Origin: a virus
DNA length: 64,000 bases
Virus record (IMG/VR): IMGVR_UViG_3300044970_000539
Location: 1-64,000 of that record
Strand: one strand, 5' to 3'
Position 1 is the first letter of the stretch, and each line of letters opens with the position of its first letter. Under the pieces are notes generated by a model that saw nothing but the letters and a program-made list of their open reading frames with translations, made no database searches and was not told the origin of the DNA. The position numbers and the translations under genes are program-made. Shown one piece after another: positions 31,858 through 41,913 of the stretch.

Positions 31858-32146
31858 GAGGTCTGAGTCAAAGCGTATAGGGGCTAAGCAGCACAAGAAC
31901 TCTGGTAGGAATAACACTAAGGGTGATGCATCTTGGAATAATTTTGTAATAGACTTTAAAGAATGCTCTAAGTCTTTTACCTTAAATCAAGATGTTTGGG
32001 CTAAGGCTACAACTGATGCATTAAAGAAAAGTATGGATCCTGCTTTGATTATTGTGCTCGGTGAGGGTACACAAAAAGTACGCCTTGCTATAATAGAGTT
32101 AGATATGTTAGAACAGTTAATAGAGGAGAACAAGAATGTCAAATGA
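31850..32146 (+). CDS. PD-(D/E)XK resolvase-like nuclease
   Basis: E...NSG...KGD...IDFK motif. Confidence 0.65.
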   Translation: MSERSESKRIGAKQHKNSGRNNTKGDASWNNFVIDFKECSKSFTLNQDVWAKATTDALKKSMDPALIIVLGEGTQKVRLAIIELDMLEQLIEENKNVK

Positions 32147-32450
32147 GGGTCCACAAAAAACAACACTAGAGCAAGTAAATGGTTTGGCTGAGATTGCAGA
32201 GTATATGAATGATGAAGAACTTACAGTTGCTCTTACAATGATTGCTAAAATAATCATTAAACCAGACATTCCAATTCAAGTTGCAAGTCTTGAGATTGTT
32301 AGACTACAGGCAATTGCAGCAAAGATGTCATTAAAGGCTACATGGATGGCCAATGTTGATAAAAGTGACAGGGCAAAGAAAAATATTTACTATACCGCAG
32401 CAGAATCAATCAATGATTTGGTATCAGCATTAAAATACATTATGCGCTAA
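32136..32450 (+). CDS. Hypothetical helical protein
   Basis: Coupled ORF with GAGGAG RBS. Confidence 0.5.
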   Translation: MSNEGPQKTTLEQVNGLAEIAEYMNDEELTVALTMIAKIIIKPDIPIQVASLEIVRLQAIAAKMSLKATWMANVDKSDRAKKNIYYTAAESINDLVSALKYIMR

Positions 32451-32481
32451 CCTGCTATACTTATATAAACAAGGGATGATA

Positions 32482-33291
32482 ATGACTAAAAATTTACTAC
32501 AGCAAATAATGATTAGAGAACCAAAGAAGATAGAGATTATAGACACTCAGGCATTGATTGAAAAGATTCAGTCAGGTTATACAGTTAAACGTGTAGATAA
32601 ATTTCAAACAAAGAAAACTTTTGCACCATCAACAATTGCATACTCTCATGGTGAGTGCCCAAGATATTGGTACCTTGCATTTGAGGGTGCAGTCTTTGAG
32701 GATAATGCAGATGCTTATGGAGCAGCAAATATGACTGCTGGTACTAAGTCACATGAACGCATTCAGCAGGCTATGATGGATTCTGGTATTGCAGAAATAT
32801 ATGAATCAGATGAAGGTCCAACAACAGAGTTTAAGATTGTTAACAATGATCCACCTATCTTTGGTTATGGTGATGCCATGATTAATTGGGAGGGTGAACA
32901 GATTGTTGGAGAAATTAAGACCATGCTCAATGAAGGTTTTGAGTATCGCAAGAAGGCGTTAAAACCAAAAACTGGCCACTTAATTCAATTACTTATTTAT
33001 ATGAAGATTCTTAAAAAATCAAAGGGTGTGTTGATTTATGAAAACAAGAATAATCATGAGTTGCTAGTTCTTCCAATAGAAGTAACAGATTATTATCGTC
33101 AATGGATTGACGAAACATTTCAATGGATGAGAGATGTTCGTAAAGCATGGACAGATAAAACACTACCTACAAAAAACTACAGATCAAATTCAAAAATCTG
33201 TAAGACATGTCCAATTCAAAAAGCATGTGAAGATGCTGGCACAGGGGTAGTAAAACTTAAATCCCTGGAGGGGCTCAGTGAAGTTATGTAG
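32482..33291 (+). CDS. Cas4-like/RecB-family exonuclease
   Basis: CPR.WY, GT..HE, GD, EIKT, Q...Y and the C-terminal CKTCP....C Fe-S ligands. Confidence 0.85.
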   Translation: MTKNLLQQIMIREPKKIEIIDTQALIEKIQSGYTVKRVDKFQTKKTFAPSTIAYSHGECPRYWYLAFEGAVFEDNADAYGAANMTAGTKSHERIQQAMMDSGIAEIYESDEGPTTEFKIVNNDPPIFGYGDAMINWEGEQIVGEIKTMLNEGFEYRKKALKPKTGHLIQLLIYMKILKKSKGVLIYENKNNHELLVLPIEVTDYYRQWIDETFQWMRDVRKAWTDKTLPTKNYRSNSKICKTCPIQKACEDAGTGVVKLKSLEGLSEVM

Positions 33292-33568
33292 TGTATGCGA
33301 TACATCATTTAAACCTAAAGTAACTTATCAAATTTACTGTACTAAGGTTTGTAGAGATATTGCAACCAGAGAAAAGATTGTGGAAAGATATAATGTCACA
33401 AAAAGACAAAAGCGAAAAGGCAAAAAGCGTTTATGTCTTGGCGGTTGTGCACAAGAACTTTCTATCTACAATGACTCTGGATTTTGTTCAAACTGTAATG
33501 TTAGTGAAAAAGCAGTTGCAAAAATGTTAAAAGAATTGAAAGGCTATATTCAGTATGAGCAAGACTAA
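33278..33568 (+). CDS. Cys-rich zinc-finger protein
   Basis: CSVC, YC...C, C...C and CSNC. Confidence 0.55.
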   Translation: MKLCSVCDTSFKPKVTYQIYCTKVCRDIATREKIVERYNVTKRQKRKGKKRLCLGGCAQELSIYNDSGFCSNCNVSEKAVAKMLKELKGYIQYEQD

Positions 33569-34151
33569 GTGGGGAGCAGAGGCTGAGCCAAAGACTATTT
33601 GTGCTATTGATGCAAGCACTAATAGCCTTGCTTTTGCTTTGTTTGATACCCAACAAAAAACATTGGGCAGTATAGGTAAGATTTATTTTGAAGGAAACAA
33701 CATCTATGAAAAGGTTATGGATGCTGGTAAAAAGGTAAAAGCATTTATTGATTACTACGGTAGTTTTGATGCAATAGTAATTGAACATACAGTATTCATG
33801 AATAGCCCTAAAACTGCTGCAGATCTTGCATTAGTTCAAGGGGCTATTCTTGGAGCAGCAGGCCAGTCTGGAACAAAGCAAATAGGCAGGGTTTCTCCAA
33901 TAACTTGGCAAAACTTTATTGGAAACAAAAAGATTTCTAAAGAAGAACAGTTGGTTATTCGTGCACAAAACCCTGGAAAGTCTTTATCTTGGTATAAGGC
34001 TTATGAAAGAATGCTTCGTAAAGAAAGAACTATTAATTTTATTAATATTAATTATGACAGAACAATTACAGACAACGATGTTGCAGATGCCTGCGGTATT
34101 GGTCATTGGGCTGTAAAGAATTGGGATAAAGCGATAGGGGAAAGCAAATAA
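33555..34151 (+). CDS. ruvC: RuvC-like Holliday junction resolvase
   Basis: AIDAS, VIEH and DVADA catalytic motifs. Confidence 0.8.
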   Translation: MSKTKWGAEAEPKTICAIDASTNSLAFALFDTQQKTLGSIGKIYFEGNNIYEKVMDAGKKVKAFIDYYGSFDAIVIEHTVFMNSPKTAADLALVQGAILGAAGQSGTKQIGRVSPITWQNFIGNKKISKEEQLVIRAQNPGKSLSWYKAYERMLRKERTINFININYDRTITDNDVADACGIGHWAVKNWDKAIGESK

Positions 34152-34795
34152 TGCCTGAGTTAAATGCAAACATACCACCAATTGAATGCTATGTTCGTGG
34201 TAATTTTTTAAGAGATCAAGAAGATAGTCATGACAAATATTTTCCATGCGTTATCTTTGGTGTTTCAAGTATTAAGAGTAGAAGTCCACTGTTTCATTTT
34301 CTAATGGAAGATGGAGGAATTTGGTGGAGAATGCCAATCAATGCTTTTTGTACTAAGCCAGGAGTTCCAGAGGAGCCAATTCATAATCTTGTCTTATGGA
34401 ATTCTTTTAGCCCATATATTTCTGTTACAAAGTTTGAGAACTTAAGCAATATGAGAATGTCATACATTGACAGAACAAAAACAAGTATTCTTGGAACATA
34501 TTTATTTACTCTTGACTGGCATAATCCAGAAACAAACATACTAGATGATGGATACTCTGAAAATCCAGGGCAGCATAAATGTGGACATGTAATTCAAAGA
34601 GATGATGGAAACTTTGCTATTCAGCCTAACAATCGGGTAAGGCTAAAGGAACCCTCATTTGTAACAAAAAATGATCTAGTTATACAAAGACTCATTAATA
34701 CAAATAAGTGGGACGTTGAAAGTTATGACAAGTGGATGCTTGAAGACTCAAACGCCTACGACTATGAGGTTATTGACACAGGGGTTGACAAATAA
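34151..34795 (+). CDS. Conserved hypothetical phage protein
   Basis: YLFTLDW...HKC.H...GNFAIQPNNR motif; function unknown. Confidence 0.55.
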   Translation: MPELNANIPPIECYVRGNFLRDQEDSHDKYFPCVIFGVSSIKSRSPLFHFLMEDGGIWWRMPINAFCTKPGVPEEPIHNLVLWNSFSPYISVTKFENLSNMRMSYIDRTKTSILGTYLFTLDWHNPETNILDDGYSENPGQHKCGHVIQRDDGNFAIQPNNRVRLKEPSFVTKNDLVIQRLINTNKWDVESYDKWMLEDSNAYDYEVIDTGVDK

Positions 34796-34799
34796 CACC

Positions 34800-34955
34800 A
34801 TGCCTGCTAAACTATATACATCAGAAGTCTATATGCGTAAGCGATATCTTATGGATAAAAAGACTCCAGAAGAGATTGCAAAGGAGTGCGGAGCCAGTGT
34901 TGAGACTATCTACGTATACCTTGCAAAATTTGGATTAAGGAAATCTAAAAGATGA
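34800..34955 (+). CDS. Small HTH protein
   Basis: KTPEEIAKECGASVETIYVYLAKFGL. Confidence 0.65.
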   Translation: MPAKLYTSEVYMRKRYLMDKKTPEEIAKECGASVETIYVYLAKFGLRKSKR

Positions 34956-35089
34956 AAAAGATTAAATATTTTATGTCATTCATATCATTAGTAATGGCTG
35001 TTGGGCTTATAACTGCAATTGCTACACTTAAAAACATTCCAGAATCATTTGACTGGAACCTAGAGGAAGATGAAGATGAGAATTATTAA
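34952..35089 (+). CDS. Small membrane protein (45 aa, not in the ORF track)
   Basis: MKKIKYFMSFISLVMAVGLITAIATL plus an acidic tail; ATGA overlap with the previous gene. Confidence 0.5.
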   Translation: MKKIKYFMSFISLVMAVGLITAIATLKNIPESFDWNLEEDEDENY

Positions 35090-35237
35090 GCATTTTGTAG
35101 ATGTTGCAAAGGCACTTACACAAAGACTATTCTGTAAGCATACAGAGTCTTCAATATCATCTTGTCCCTTTACTGGTAGAACATATACAACATGCTTAAA
35201 TTGTTTTAAAAGATTAAAAGTTGAGGTAACTCCGTGA
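35076..35237 (+). CDS. Small zinc-binding protein (53 aa, not in the ORF track)
   Basis: FCKH...CP...CLNC; fills the gap with coupled ends. Confidence 0.5.
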   Translation: MRIIKHFVDVAKALTQRLFCKHTESSISSCPFTGRTYTTCLNCFKRLKVEVTP

Positions 35238-35476
35238 GTGATAACCTACATATTACTGTTGATCAGGTAAACCACCCCGTTCATTACACATCAGATCCTT
35301 CTGGTGTTGAATGTATTCAAATTACTAGACATAGAAACTTTAATATTGGTAATGCATTCAAGTATTTGTGGAGAGCAGGGCTTAAAGATGAAGCAAAAAC
35401 AATTCAAGATTTAGAAAAAGCCATCTTCTATATTAAAGATGAAATAAATAGATTAGAGGGAAAGTATGTCAAGTGA
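35234..35476 (+). CDS. DUF3310-family protein (T7 gp1.7-like nucleotide kinase family)
   Basis: VNHP.HY..G.ECI...GNAFKYLWRAG.K...DL.KA..Y. Confidence 0.85.
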   Translation: MSDNLHITVDQVNHPVHYTSDPSGVECIQITRHRNFNIGNAFKYLWRAGLKDEAKTIQDLEKAIFYIKDEINRLEGKYVK

Positions 35477-36002
35477 GGCAGAACTTATTCAACATCTTGA
35501 TGAAGTTAATCAAGTAGTTACAGAATACCTTAAGGGTAATGATCCTACAGTTATTTCTAAAGAACTAGACATTCCAAGAACTCGTGTTGTATCTTTAATT
35601 AATGAGTGGAAGGTTATGGCATCTGCAAATGATGCTATTCGTGCCCGTGCAAAAGAGGCATTAGTAGGTGCTGACACACACTATACAAAGTTAATTACAA
35701 AGGCTTATGAAGTTATTGATGAGGCAAGCCTATCAACAAACCTTACTGCCAAGACTGCTGGCATTAAACTAGTTTTAGATATTGAGTCAAGAAGAATTGA
35801 TATGCTGCAAAAGGCTGGACTTCTTGAGAACAAAGAACTTGCAGAAGAAATGATTGAGATTGAAAGACGACAAGAAGTTCTTGTTGGAATACTAAGAGAC
35901 ATTGCTTCAGAGCATCCAGAAGTCCGTGATATTATTATGAAGAGGCTTTCTGCTATTGCAAAAGAAGGAGAAGTGATTACTGTTGTCCACGATGTTCAAT
36001 GA
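35466..36002 (+). CDS. Putative terminase small subunit
   Basis: N-terminal HTH, helical, overlaps the terL start. Confidence 0.55.
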   Translation: MSSEAELIQHLDEVNQVVTEYLKGNDPTVISKELDIPRTRVVSLINEWKVMASANDAIRARAKEALVGADTHYTKLITKAYEVIDEASLSTNLTAKTAGIKLVLDIESRRIDMLQKAGLLENKELAEEMIEIERRQEVLVGILRDIASEHPEVRDIIMKRLSAIAKEGEVITVVHDVQ

Positions 36003-37767
36003 TTTTCTTGAGGTATTAAAAGAAAATCACTTTGTTGAAACTCCAGTTGATGTAAAGACATTTGTCCAGTCACCTGATTATCTTGGTCAACCACTTTTAT
36101 CTGATATTCAATATGAAATTGTAGAGGCAATGAGCCAGATATATCGTAAAGAAGATCTAATAGAGATTATGGGAGATGTTGAAGGCACCAAACACTTTAA
36201 CAAATATACCAAGAATGAACTAATTCTTCAACTTGGCAAGGGTAGCGGTAAAGATTTTATTTCAACTGTAGCATGTGCATATGTAGTATATAAACTGTTA
36301 TGTCTTAAAGACCCTGCAATTTATTATGGCAAGCCTGCAGGAGATGCTATTGATATTATTAACGTTGCTGTTAACGCACAACAGGCTAAAAACGTTTTCT
36401 TTAAAGGTTTTAAAACAAAGATTGAGAAGTCACCTTGGTTTGCTGGAAAGTATAATGCCAAGGCTGACTCAATTGAGTTTGACAAAGCAATTACTGTTTA
36501 CTCTGGACACTCAGAAAGAGAATCTCATGAGGGCTTGAACTTGCTTATGGCAGTACTTGATGAGATTTCTGGTTTTGCAAGTGAGGTTGTGTCTGGAAAT
36601 GAGCAAGGAAAGACTGCTGATAACATTTACAAAGCATTCCGTGGAACAGTAGACTCTCGTTTTCCAGACCTTGGAAAGGTTGTTTTGCTTTCTTTCCCAA
36701 GATATCAGGGCGACTTTATTTCTCAACGATATGAGTCTGTTATTGCTGACAAAGAAACTGTTGAGCGCAGACATACTTTTATTATGAATGAAGATTTGCC
36801 ACACGATGATCCTGGAAATCAGTTTGAAATTTCGTGGGATGAAGACAACATTCTCCAATATAAAATTCCAAGGGTATATGCATTTAAAAGACCTACATGG
36901 GAAGTAAACCCAACCCGTAAGATAGAAGACTTTAAAGTAGCGTTTTACACTGATCTTGGTGATGCCATGATGCGTTTTGCATGTATGCCAACCTATTCAT
37001 CTGATGCTTTCTTTAAGCAGATTGACAAGGTTGAGAAGTGTATGAACACTAGAAACCCGCTAGACTCATTTAGAAGGTTTGACGAAACGTTTGTACCAGA
37101 TCCAGATAAGACATATTATATTCATGCTGACCTTGCACAAAAGCACGATAAGTGTGCGGTAGCAATTGCTCACGTAGATAAATGGGTAAATATCCAAGTA
37201 ATCAAAGATTACGAGCAGGTAGCACCAATTGTAGTAGTAGATGCAGTTGCATGGTGGGAGCCGAGAGCAGAAGGACCTGTAAACCTATCTGAAGTTAAAC
37301 AATGGATTATGAACCTACGTAGACAAGGTTTTAATATTGGTATGGTTTCTTTTGACCGTTGGCAATCATTTGATATTCAAAATGAGTTACAAGCAGTTGG
37401 AATTAGAACTGAGACGGTCTCTGTTGCCAAGAAACACTATGAAGACCTTGCTATGATGATTTATGAAGAGCGTGTTTCTATTCCAAGAATACCTATCCTA
37501 TTAGAAGAAATGTCAGAACTTAAAATTATGAAGGGTAATCGTGTAGATCACCCAAGAAAAAAGTCTAAAGACTTAGCAGATGCCGTGACAGGCGCTGTAT
37601 TTGGTGCTATTTCTCATACACCAAAGAGTAATAATACTGAGATAGAAGTCCATACTTGGTCCTCTTCGGCAAGACTTGCAGAAAGAGAGCAGGGTATGGT
37701 AAAATTAGATAATCGAGAAATGCCTGACGACGTTAAGGACTTTCTTGACGGATTTAACTTAATTTAA
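35983..37767 (+). CDS. terL: Terminase large subunit
   Basis: Walker A GKGSGKD, Walker B VLDEI, and RNase H-like acidic residues HADLA, SFDRW, DHP..SKDLADA. Confidence 0.88.
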   Translation: MSTMFNDFLEVLKENHFVETPVDVKTFVQSPDYLGQPLLSDIQYEIVEAMSQIYRKEDLIEIMGDVEGTKHFNKYTKNELILQLGKGSGKDFISTVACAYVVYKLLCLKDPAIYYGKPAGDAIDIINVAVNAQQAKNVFFKGFKTKIEKSPWFAGKYNAKADSIEFDKAITVYSGHSERESHEGLNLLMAVLDEISGFASEVVSGNEQGKTADNIYKAFRGTVDSRFPDLGKVVLLSFPRYQGDFISQRYESVIADKETVERRHTFIMNEDLPHDDPGNQFEISWDEDNILQYKIPRVYAFKRPTWEVNPTRKIEDFKVAFYTDLGDAMMRFACMPTYSSDAFFKQIDKVEKCMNTRNPLDSFRRFDETFVPDPDKTYYIHADLAQKHDKCAVAIAHVDKWVNIQVIKDYEQVAPIVVVDAVAWWEPRAEGPVNLSEVKQWIMNLRRQGFNIGMVSFDRWQSFDIQNELQAVGIRTETVSVAKKHYEDLAMMIYEERVSIPRIPILLEEMSELKIMKGNRVDHPRKKSKDLADAVTGAVFGAISHTPKSNNTEIEVHTWSSSARLAEREQGMVKLDNREMPDDVKDFLDGFNLI

Positions 37768-37809
37768 CATTCTGGTCGTGGGATCAGATAAAACTAACAA
37801 GGAGAAAGA

Positions 37810-38982
37810 ATGAATTCATTTAAGAAAATCGCTCTTGCCGTGGTTGCAGCCATGACATTGGGCACAATCGTAGCAACACCTGCAAGTGCTGCCGTAATGA
37901 CAGTGGCTGTATCGCTAAACGGAACTGCAAATACAACAAATTCCGCTATTGCTACACCTGCTGCATTGCCAGTACCATCAGACAACAAGATTGATGCAAC
38001 AGATGCACTTAGATTTGTTGCAACTGTTGACACAGGAACAGCAGTTACTGTATCAGCAACCAACGCAACAATCGTGTCTGCTCTACACTCAGATGCAGCA
38101 CCAATTGGAGCATCGTCAGGATCATCATCTTTGACAATCGCAACAGGTACTGGAACAACTGCAACATTTTTTGTCTACACAAAGACAACAGCAATTGGTA
38201 CAGTTACAGTTACTAACCAGGGAACTACTTTTACATACTATGTACAGGGTACTGCTGGACTAATTAACAACCTATCAGTTTCTGCTCCAACAGCAGGTGC
38301 TGCTGGCACAAAGCATGATATTCTAGTTACAGCAACAGATGTATTTGGAAACAAGGTTTCTGGTAAGTCACTTACTGCAACAGTATTTGCTGCAACAGCA
38401 GTCATGGATACAGCAACAGCAACAACTGGTGCTACACTTTCAGACTTTGGAGTAGCAACATTTAAGGCAACACTTCCAGCAACTGGAAATCGTTCACTTA
38501 TTATGTTTGCTCCAACTACTGCTGGCGATGCATCAACTGCTGATGTGGTTGGTCTAACTGTTCGCACACTTGCACCATTTGCAGAAATTGCTGTTCGTGA
38601 TCTAGTATCAGAACTTGCTGCTGAAAAGGCTGCAAAGGATGCAGCAGTTGCTGCACTTGCTGCTGAGAAGGCTGCACATGATGCAACTAAGGCTGCAGAT
38701 GTTAAGGCTCTTGCAGATGCAAAGGTTGCTGCAGATAAAGCACTTGCTGATGCAAAGGTTGCTGCAGATGCAGCACTTGCTGCAGCAGTTAAGGTAGAAA
38801 CAGATAAGGCTGCTGCTGCTAAGTTAGCATCAGATGCTGCTCTTGCTGCTAAGGATGCTCAGATTGCTAAGTTAACAGCAGATAACGCTGCTGCTCTTGC
38901 ATCACTAAAGAAGGCATTTAACACACTTGCAAACAAGTGGAACAAAAAGAATCCAAAGGCTAAGGTTACTCTAGTTAAGTAA
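37810..38982 (+). CDS. Secreted surface protein (signal peptide, Ig-like region, Ala/Lys coiled coil)
   Basis: Sec signal MNSFKKIALAVVAA...ASA; Thr/Ala beta-rich core with TDVFGN; AAEKAA/DAKVAAD repeats. Confidence 0.7.
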   Translation: MNSFKKIALAVVAAMTLGTIVATPASAAVMTVAVSLNGTANTTNSAIATPAALPVPSDNKIDATDALRFVATVDTGTAVTVSATNATIVSALHSDAAPIGASSGSSSLTIATGTGTTATFFVYTKTTAIGTVTVTNQGTTFTYYVQGTAGLINNLSVSAPTAGAAGTKHDILVTATDVFGNKVSGKSLTATVFAATAVMDTATATTGATLSDFGVATFKATLPATGNRSLIMFAPTTAGDASTADVVGLTVRTLAPFAEIAVRDLVSELAAEKAAKDAAVAALAAEKAAHDATKAADVKALADAKVAADKALADAKVAADAALAAAVKVETDKAAAAKLASDAALAAKDAQIAKLTADNAAALASLKKAFNTLANKWNKKNPKAKVTLVK

Positions 38983-38999
38983 CAAAACCTTAAAAGTTT

Positions 39000-39030
39000 G
39001 GGAGTCAGGAAACTGGCTCCCTTTCTTTTT
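39000..39030 (+). terminator. Intrinsic terminator
   Basis: GGGAGTCAG-gaaa-CTGGCTCCC followed by a T-tract. Confidence 0.8.
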
Positions 39031-39085
39031 GTCCTCATGTCTAATTGAATAATTTGATATAATAGGTAAGAGGAGAGTCCACCAC

Positions 39086-41215
39086 TTGAAAAAACTCTTG
39101 CGTATATTTACAGTTTCTATACTTGCTTTTGCTTGGCTTTTAATAGCCCCTACAGAGGCTAATTCTGACGACCCTCTAACCGTTGCAGCCCAAGAAATAC
39201 AAGAACTTAATAGCAAAGTAAGCAATTTAGTTTATCAAGATGATTTTATAGATCTTATAGACATAGCAGAAAACAAGTTTGACTATGCCAAAAATGCGAT
39301 GGAACTTAGAGATGATGCAACCGATGCCCACGAAGATGCAGTAGAGGCAGAAGCCACAGCCTTAGAAGCAAAGAACCTTGCCCAGTCAAATGTGGATGGT
39401 CAGACAGCCACAGTAGCCTCGGCCCTTGAACATAAAGACAACGCTCTTGAAGAAAAGAATGATGCTCAAGATGCACTAAGCATAGCCAATATTAATGTTC
39501 AAACCACTCAATCAAATATGCAGGCTGCTGGAGGAACAGGTTTGGCATACACTGTTTATACTCTTGTTAGACAAGGTAATGTCGCTACCCCAGGATCTGT
39601 GCTTTGTTCTGGCACTTGGAACTCAAGCCACATGCAACTACCAGTTTGTGGTAACAGATACGAAAACTTTATAGTTAAGTTCACTGGTCAAATAACAGTA
39701 CCGTCTTGGTTCACATCAACATATTTTGCAGGATATACAGATGATGGATTTAGAATGTATGTAGACGGAAATCTTGCAATAGATCAATGGATAGAGCAAG
39801 GAACTACCTGGAGCGACTATTCACCAGTATATGATGTTAGCGAAGACAAAACATTTAGTGTAGAGATTTGGTGGTATAACGGTGGAGGCCCAGGATCTTA
39901 TCATCTTGGATGGGCAATTCCTGGAGGCTGGACTGGAGCAGGTTGTGACTATGCTGGAGATCCACGAGTATGGGGAGAAAATTTTAGTTGTAATCTTAAT
40001 ACATTTTCCTCTGGATCAGGACCAACCCAAGCACAGATAAATGCATATGATGAAGCACTTGCAGCAAGGACTACTGCACAAACAAATTATAATAATAAGT
40101 TAGAAGCATACAATGACAAACTAAGCGTATACAACTCTGAGAATGCAATACTATCATCAATGAATCAGGTTTTGCAAACCAAAACACAGGAACATCTTAA
40201 TGCAGTTGCAGATACAGAAGATGCTTTAGAGTTGAAGAATAGCAGAATAGAAATATACAATCAGTCAATCGTTGACTTAAATAATTCTATTAATGATGCA
40301 TGGGAATATTACTACGAGCAAGCACAAAGAGAACTTAATGCTGCTATTGCTCAAGCAGCAGCCAACGCTGCAGCCAATGAGCCTACCCCAGAACCCACAC
40401 CAGAGCCTTCTCCAGAACCAACTGAAGAACCAACAGATGACCCAAGCCCAGAGCCTTCACCAGACCCAACAGATGAACCAACTGAAGAACCTACTCCAGA
40501 GCCTACAGCAGACCCTACAGAGGAGCCTACACCTGAACCTACCCCAGAAGTTACCCCAGATCCAGAACCAACTGAAGAGCCAGTTGTAGAGCCTACTGAA
40601 GAGCCTACCCCAGAACCCACACCAGAGCCTGGACCAGAGCCAGAGCCAGAAGAGAATCCTTGGACTGAACCAGATGTAGAAATTACTGATGAGGTATTGG
40701 CAGCACTTGTTCCTGAAAAAGGAACTGGAACATCAGAAGATTTATCTGGAGTTATTGCCAACCTCACAAGCAAGGATAATAAGTTAGTTACACTTTCACC
40801 TGAGCAAGTAGCAGCAGTTAGCCAAACTCTTAAGTCTTTGACCCAAGAGGCAAAGTCAGAGATTTCTGAAGATCTTGGCATTAAAGCATCAGAAGTTGCA
40901 CAAATTGCTGAGCAGATGAAGGACAACCCAGCACTTGCTGCAGCATTTGTTGAGTTCGCAGATAGAGCAGAAGAAGCAGGGGATTCAGCAATGCCATTTA
41001 CATTAGCAGATGCAGTAACAGAGGTTCAAACAGAGGCATTTCTTGCTGACCCATTGGGAGCAATTACAGAGATAGATTTTGAAAAGGTTTTAAACCCAGC
41101 AGAATGGGGAAAGGATATGACTGACGACCAAAGAGAAAAGGTTCAGGAAGTCATAATTCCAGTAATTATAGTATCAAACATTATTAGTTCTGTTATGTCA
41201 ACAAGGAGGTTATAA
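39086..41215 (+). CDS. Secreted/membrane-anchored protein with coiled coil, PA14-like domain and Pro/Glu/Thr stalk
   Basis: Signal peptide; F.VKFTG.I..P...TDDGFRMYVDG..IDQW..Q...WYNGGG is PA14-like; C-terminal hydrophobic segment. Confidence 0.8.
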   Translation: MKKLLRIFTVSILAFAWLLIAPTEANSDDPLTVAAQEIQELNSKVSNLVYQDDFIDLIDIAENKFDYAKNAMELRDDATDAHEDAVEAEATALEAKNLAQSNVDGQTATVASALEHKDNALEEKNDAQDALSIANINVQTTQSNMQAAGGTGLAYTVYTLVRQGNVATPGSVLCSGTWNSSHMQLPVCGNRYENFIVKFTGQITVPSWFTSTYFAGYTDDGFRMYVDGNLAIDQWIEQGTTWSDYSPVYDVSEDKTFSVEIWWYNGGGPGSYHLGWAIPGGWTGAGCDYAGDPRVWGENFSCNLNTFSSGSGPTQAQINAYDEALAARTTAQTNYNNKLEAYNDKLSVYNSENAILSSMNQVLQTKTQEHLNAVADTEDALELKNSRIEIYNQSIVDLNNSINDAWEYYYEQAQRELNAAIAQAAANAAANEPTPEPTPEPSPEPTEEPTDDPSPEPSPDPTDEPTEEPTPEPTADPTEEPTPEPTPEVTPDPEPTEEPVVEPTEEPTPEPTPEPGPEPEPEENPWTEPDVEITDEVLAALVPEKGTGTSEDLSGVIANLTSKDNKLVTLSPEQVAAVSQTLKSLTQEAKSEISEDLGIKASEVAQIAEQMKDNPALAAAFVEFADRAEEAGDSAMPFTLADAVTEVQTEAFLADPLGAITEIDFEKVLNPAEWGKDMTDDQREKVQEVIIPVIIVSNIISSVMSTRRL
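40378..40660 (+). repeat. Coding EPT/EPS/DPT tetrapeptide tandem repeat
   Basis: Reiterated GAGCCTACCCCAGAACCCACACCAGAGCCT-type units encoding EPTPEPTPEP. Confidence 0.9.
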
Positions 41216-41219
41216 TAGG

Positions 41220-41690
41220 ATGGTTATGAATAAAGTTAAAGAAAGTATAAGGGTGATTTTAGGCAAAATAAAGATGCCTAAAATTGCAATCCCTAAAATA
41301 AAAATACCAAGCATTAAAATCCCAAGCATCAAAATGCCAAAGTTTAAGATGCCAAAAATGTATATGCCAAAGGTAAATATTCCAAAAATATCTATTCCAA
41401 AGATTAAAATGCCAAAAATAGATATGGAAAAACTAAAAGCATATGCTGCAAAGTATTTTCCCATTATTAAAAAAGTATTTGAAATTTTGGTAAAGATCGT
41501 TAAAGGATTTATCTCATGGCTTTGGAAAGCAGTTAAAGAAAGTATTGCTCAGGTTTGGACACTGCTTGGATTCTTTATTGCATGGCTTACGCTTACGGGA
41601 ACAGCACAACAGGTAGTTGGAGTGGCAACATTAATTGCTACTGCTATCTGGCTTATAACAATTCCATTGCGTGAAGAAAAAGAAGACTAA
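41220..41690 (+). CDS. Membrane protein with pentapeptide repeats and two TM helices
   Basis: Ten K/S-hydrophobic-x-hydrophobic-P repeats followed by two hydrophobic helices. Confidence 0.65.
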   Translation: MVMNKVKESIRVILGKIKMPKIAIPKIKIPSIKIPSIKMPKFKMPKMYMPKVNIPKISIPKIKMPKIDMEKLKAYAAKYFPIIKKVFEILVKIVKGFISWLWKAVKESIAQVWTLLGFFIAWLTLTGTAQQVVGVATLIATAIWLITIPLREEKED

Positions 41691-41703
41691 GATAGTTACT
41701 GAT

Positions 41704-41913
41704 ATGAAAAAAATAGCAGCCCTTTTATCAGCAACAGTATTATCATTAATGTTAACATCTTGTGGTTTACTAGAAAATAGATATCGTTATGATTGCCATG
41801 ACCCTGAAAACTGGTATAATAAAGAGTGTAATCCACCAATCTGCCAAGCAGATGGATTATGCACTAAAGACATACTTGGTTTTGATCCTACGGAGGGTAG
41901 CGTAAATGAGTAA
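41704..41913 (+). CDS. Small lipoprotein
   Basis: MKKIAALLSATVLSLMLTSC lipobox; four more Cys residues. Confidence 0.65.
   Translation: MKKIAALLSATVLSLMLTSCGLLENRYRYDCHDPENWYNKECNPPICQADGLCTKDILGFDPTEGSVNE

Noticed and set aside
32482-33291. Cas4-like gene as part of a CRISPR system
   Set aside because: No repeat-spacer array or other cas genes are visible; solo Cas4-like nucleases are common in phage recombination blocks.
40351-40926. 191-aa antisense Gly/Ser-rich ORF, and similar antisense ORFs over the TMP and other genes
   Set aside because: These are shadows of low-complexity or codon-biased sense genes.
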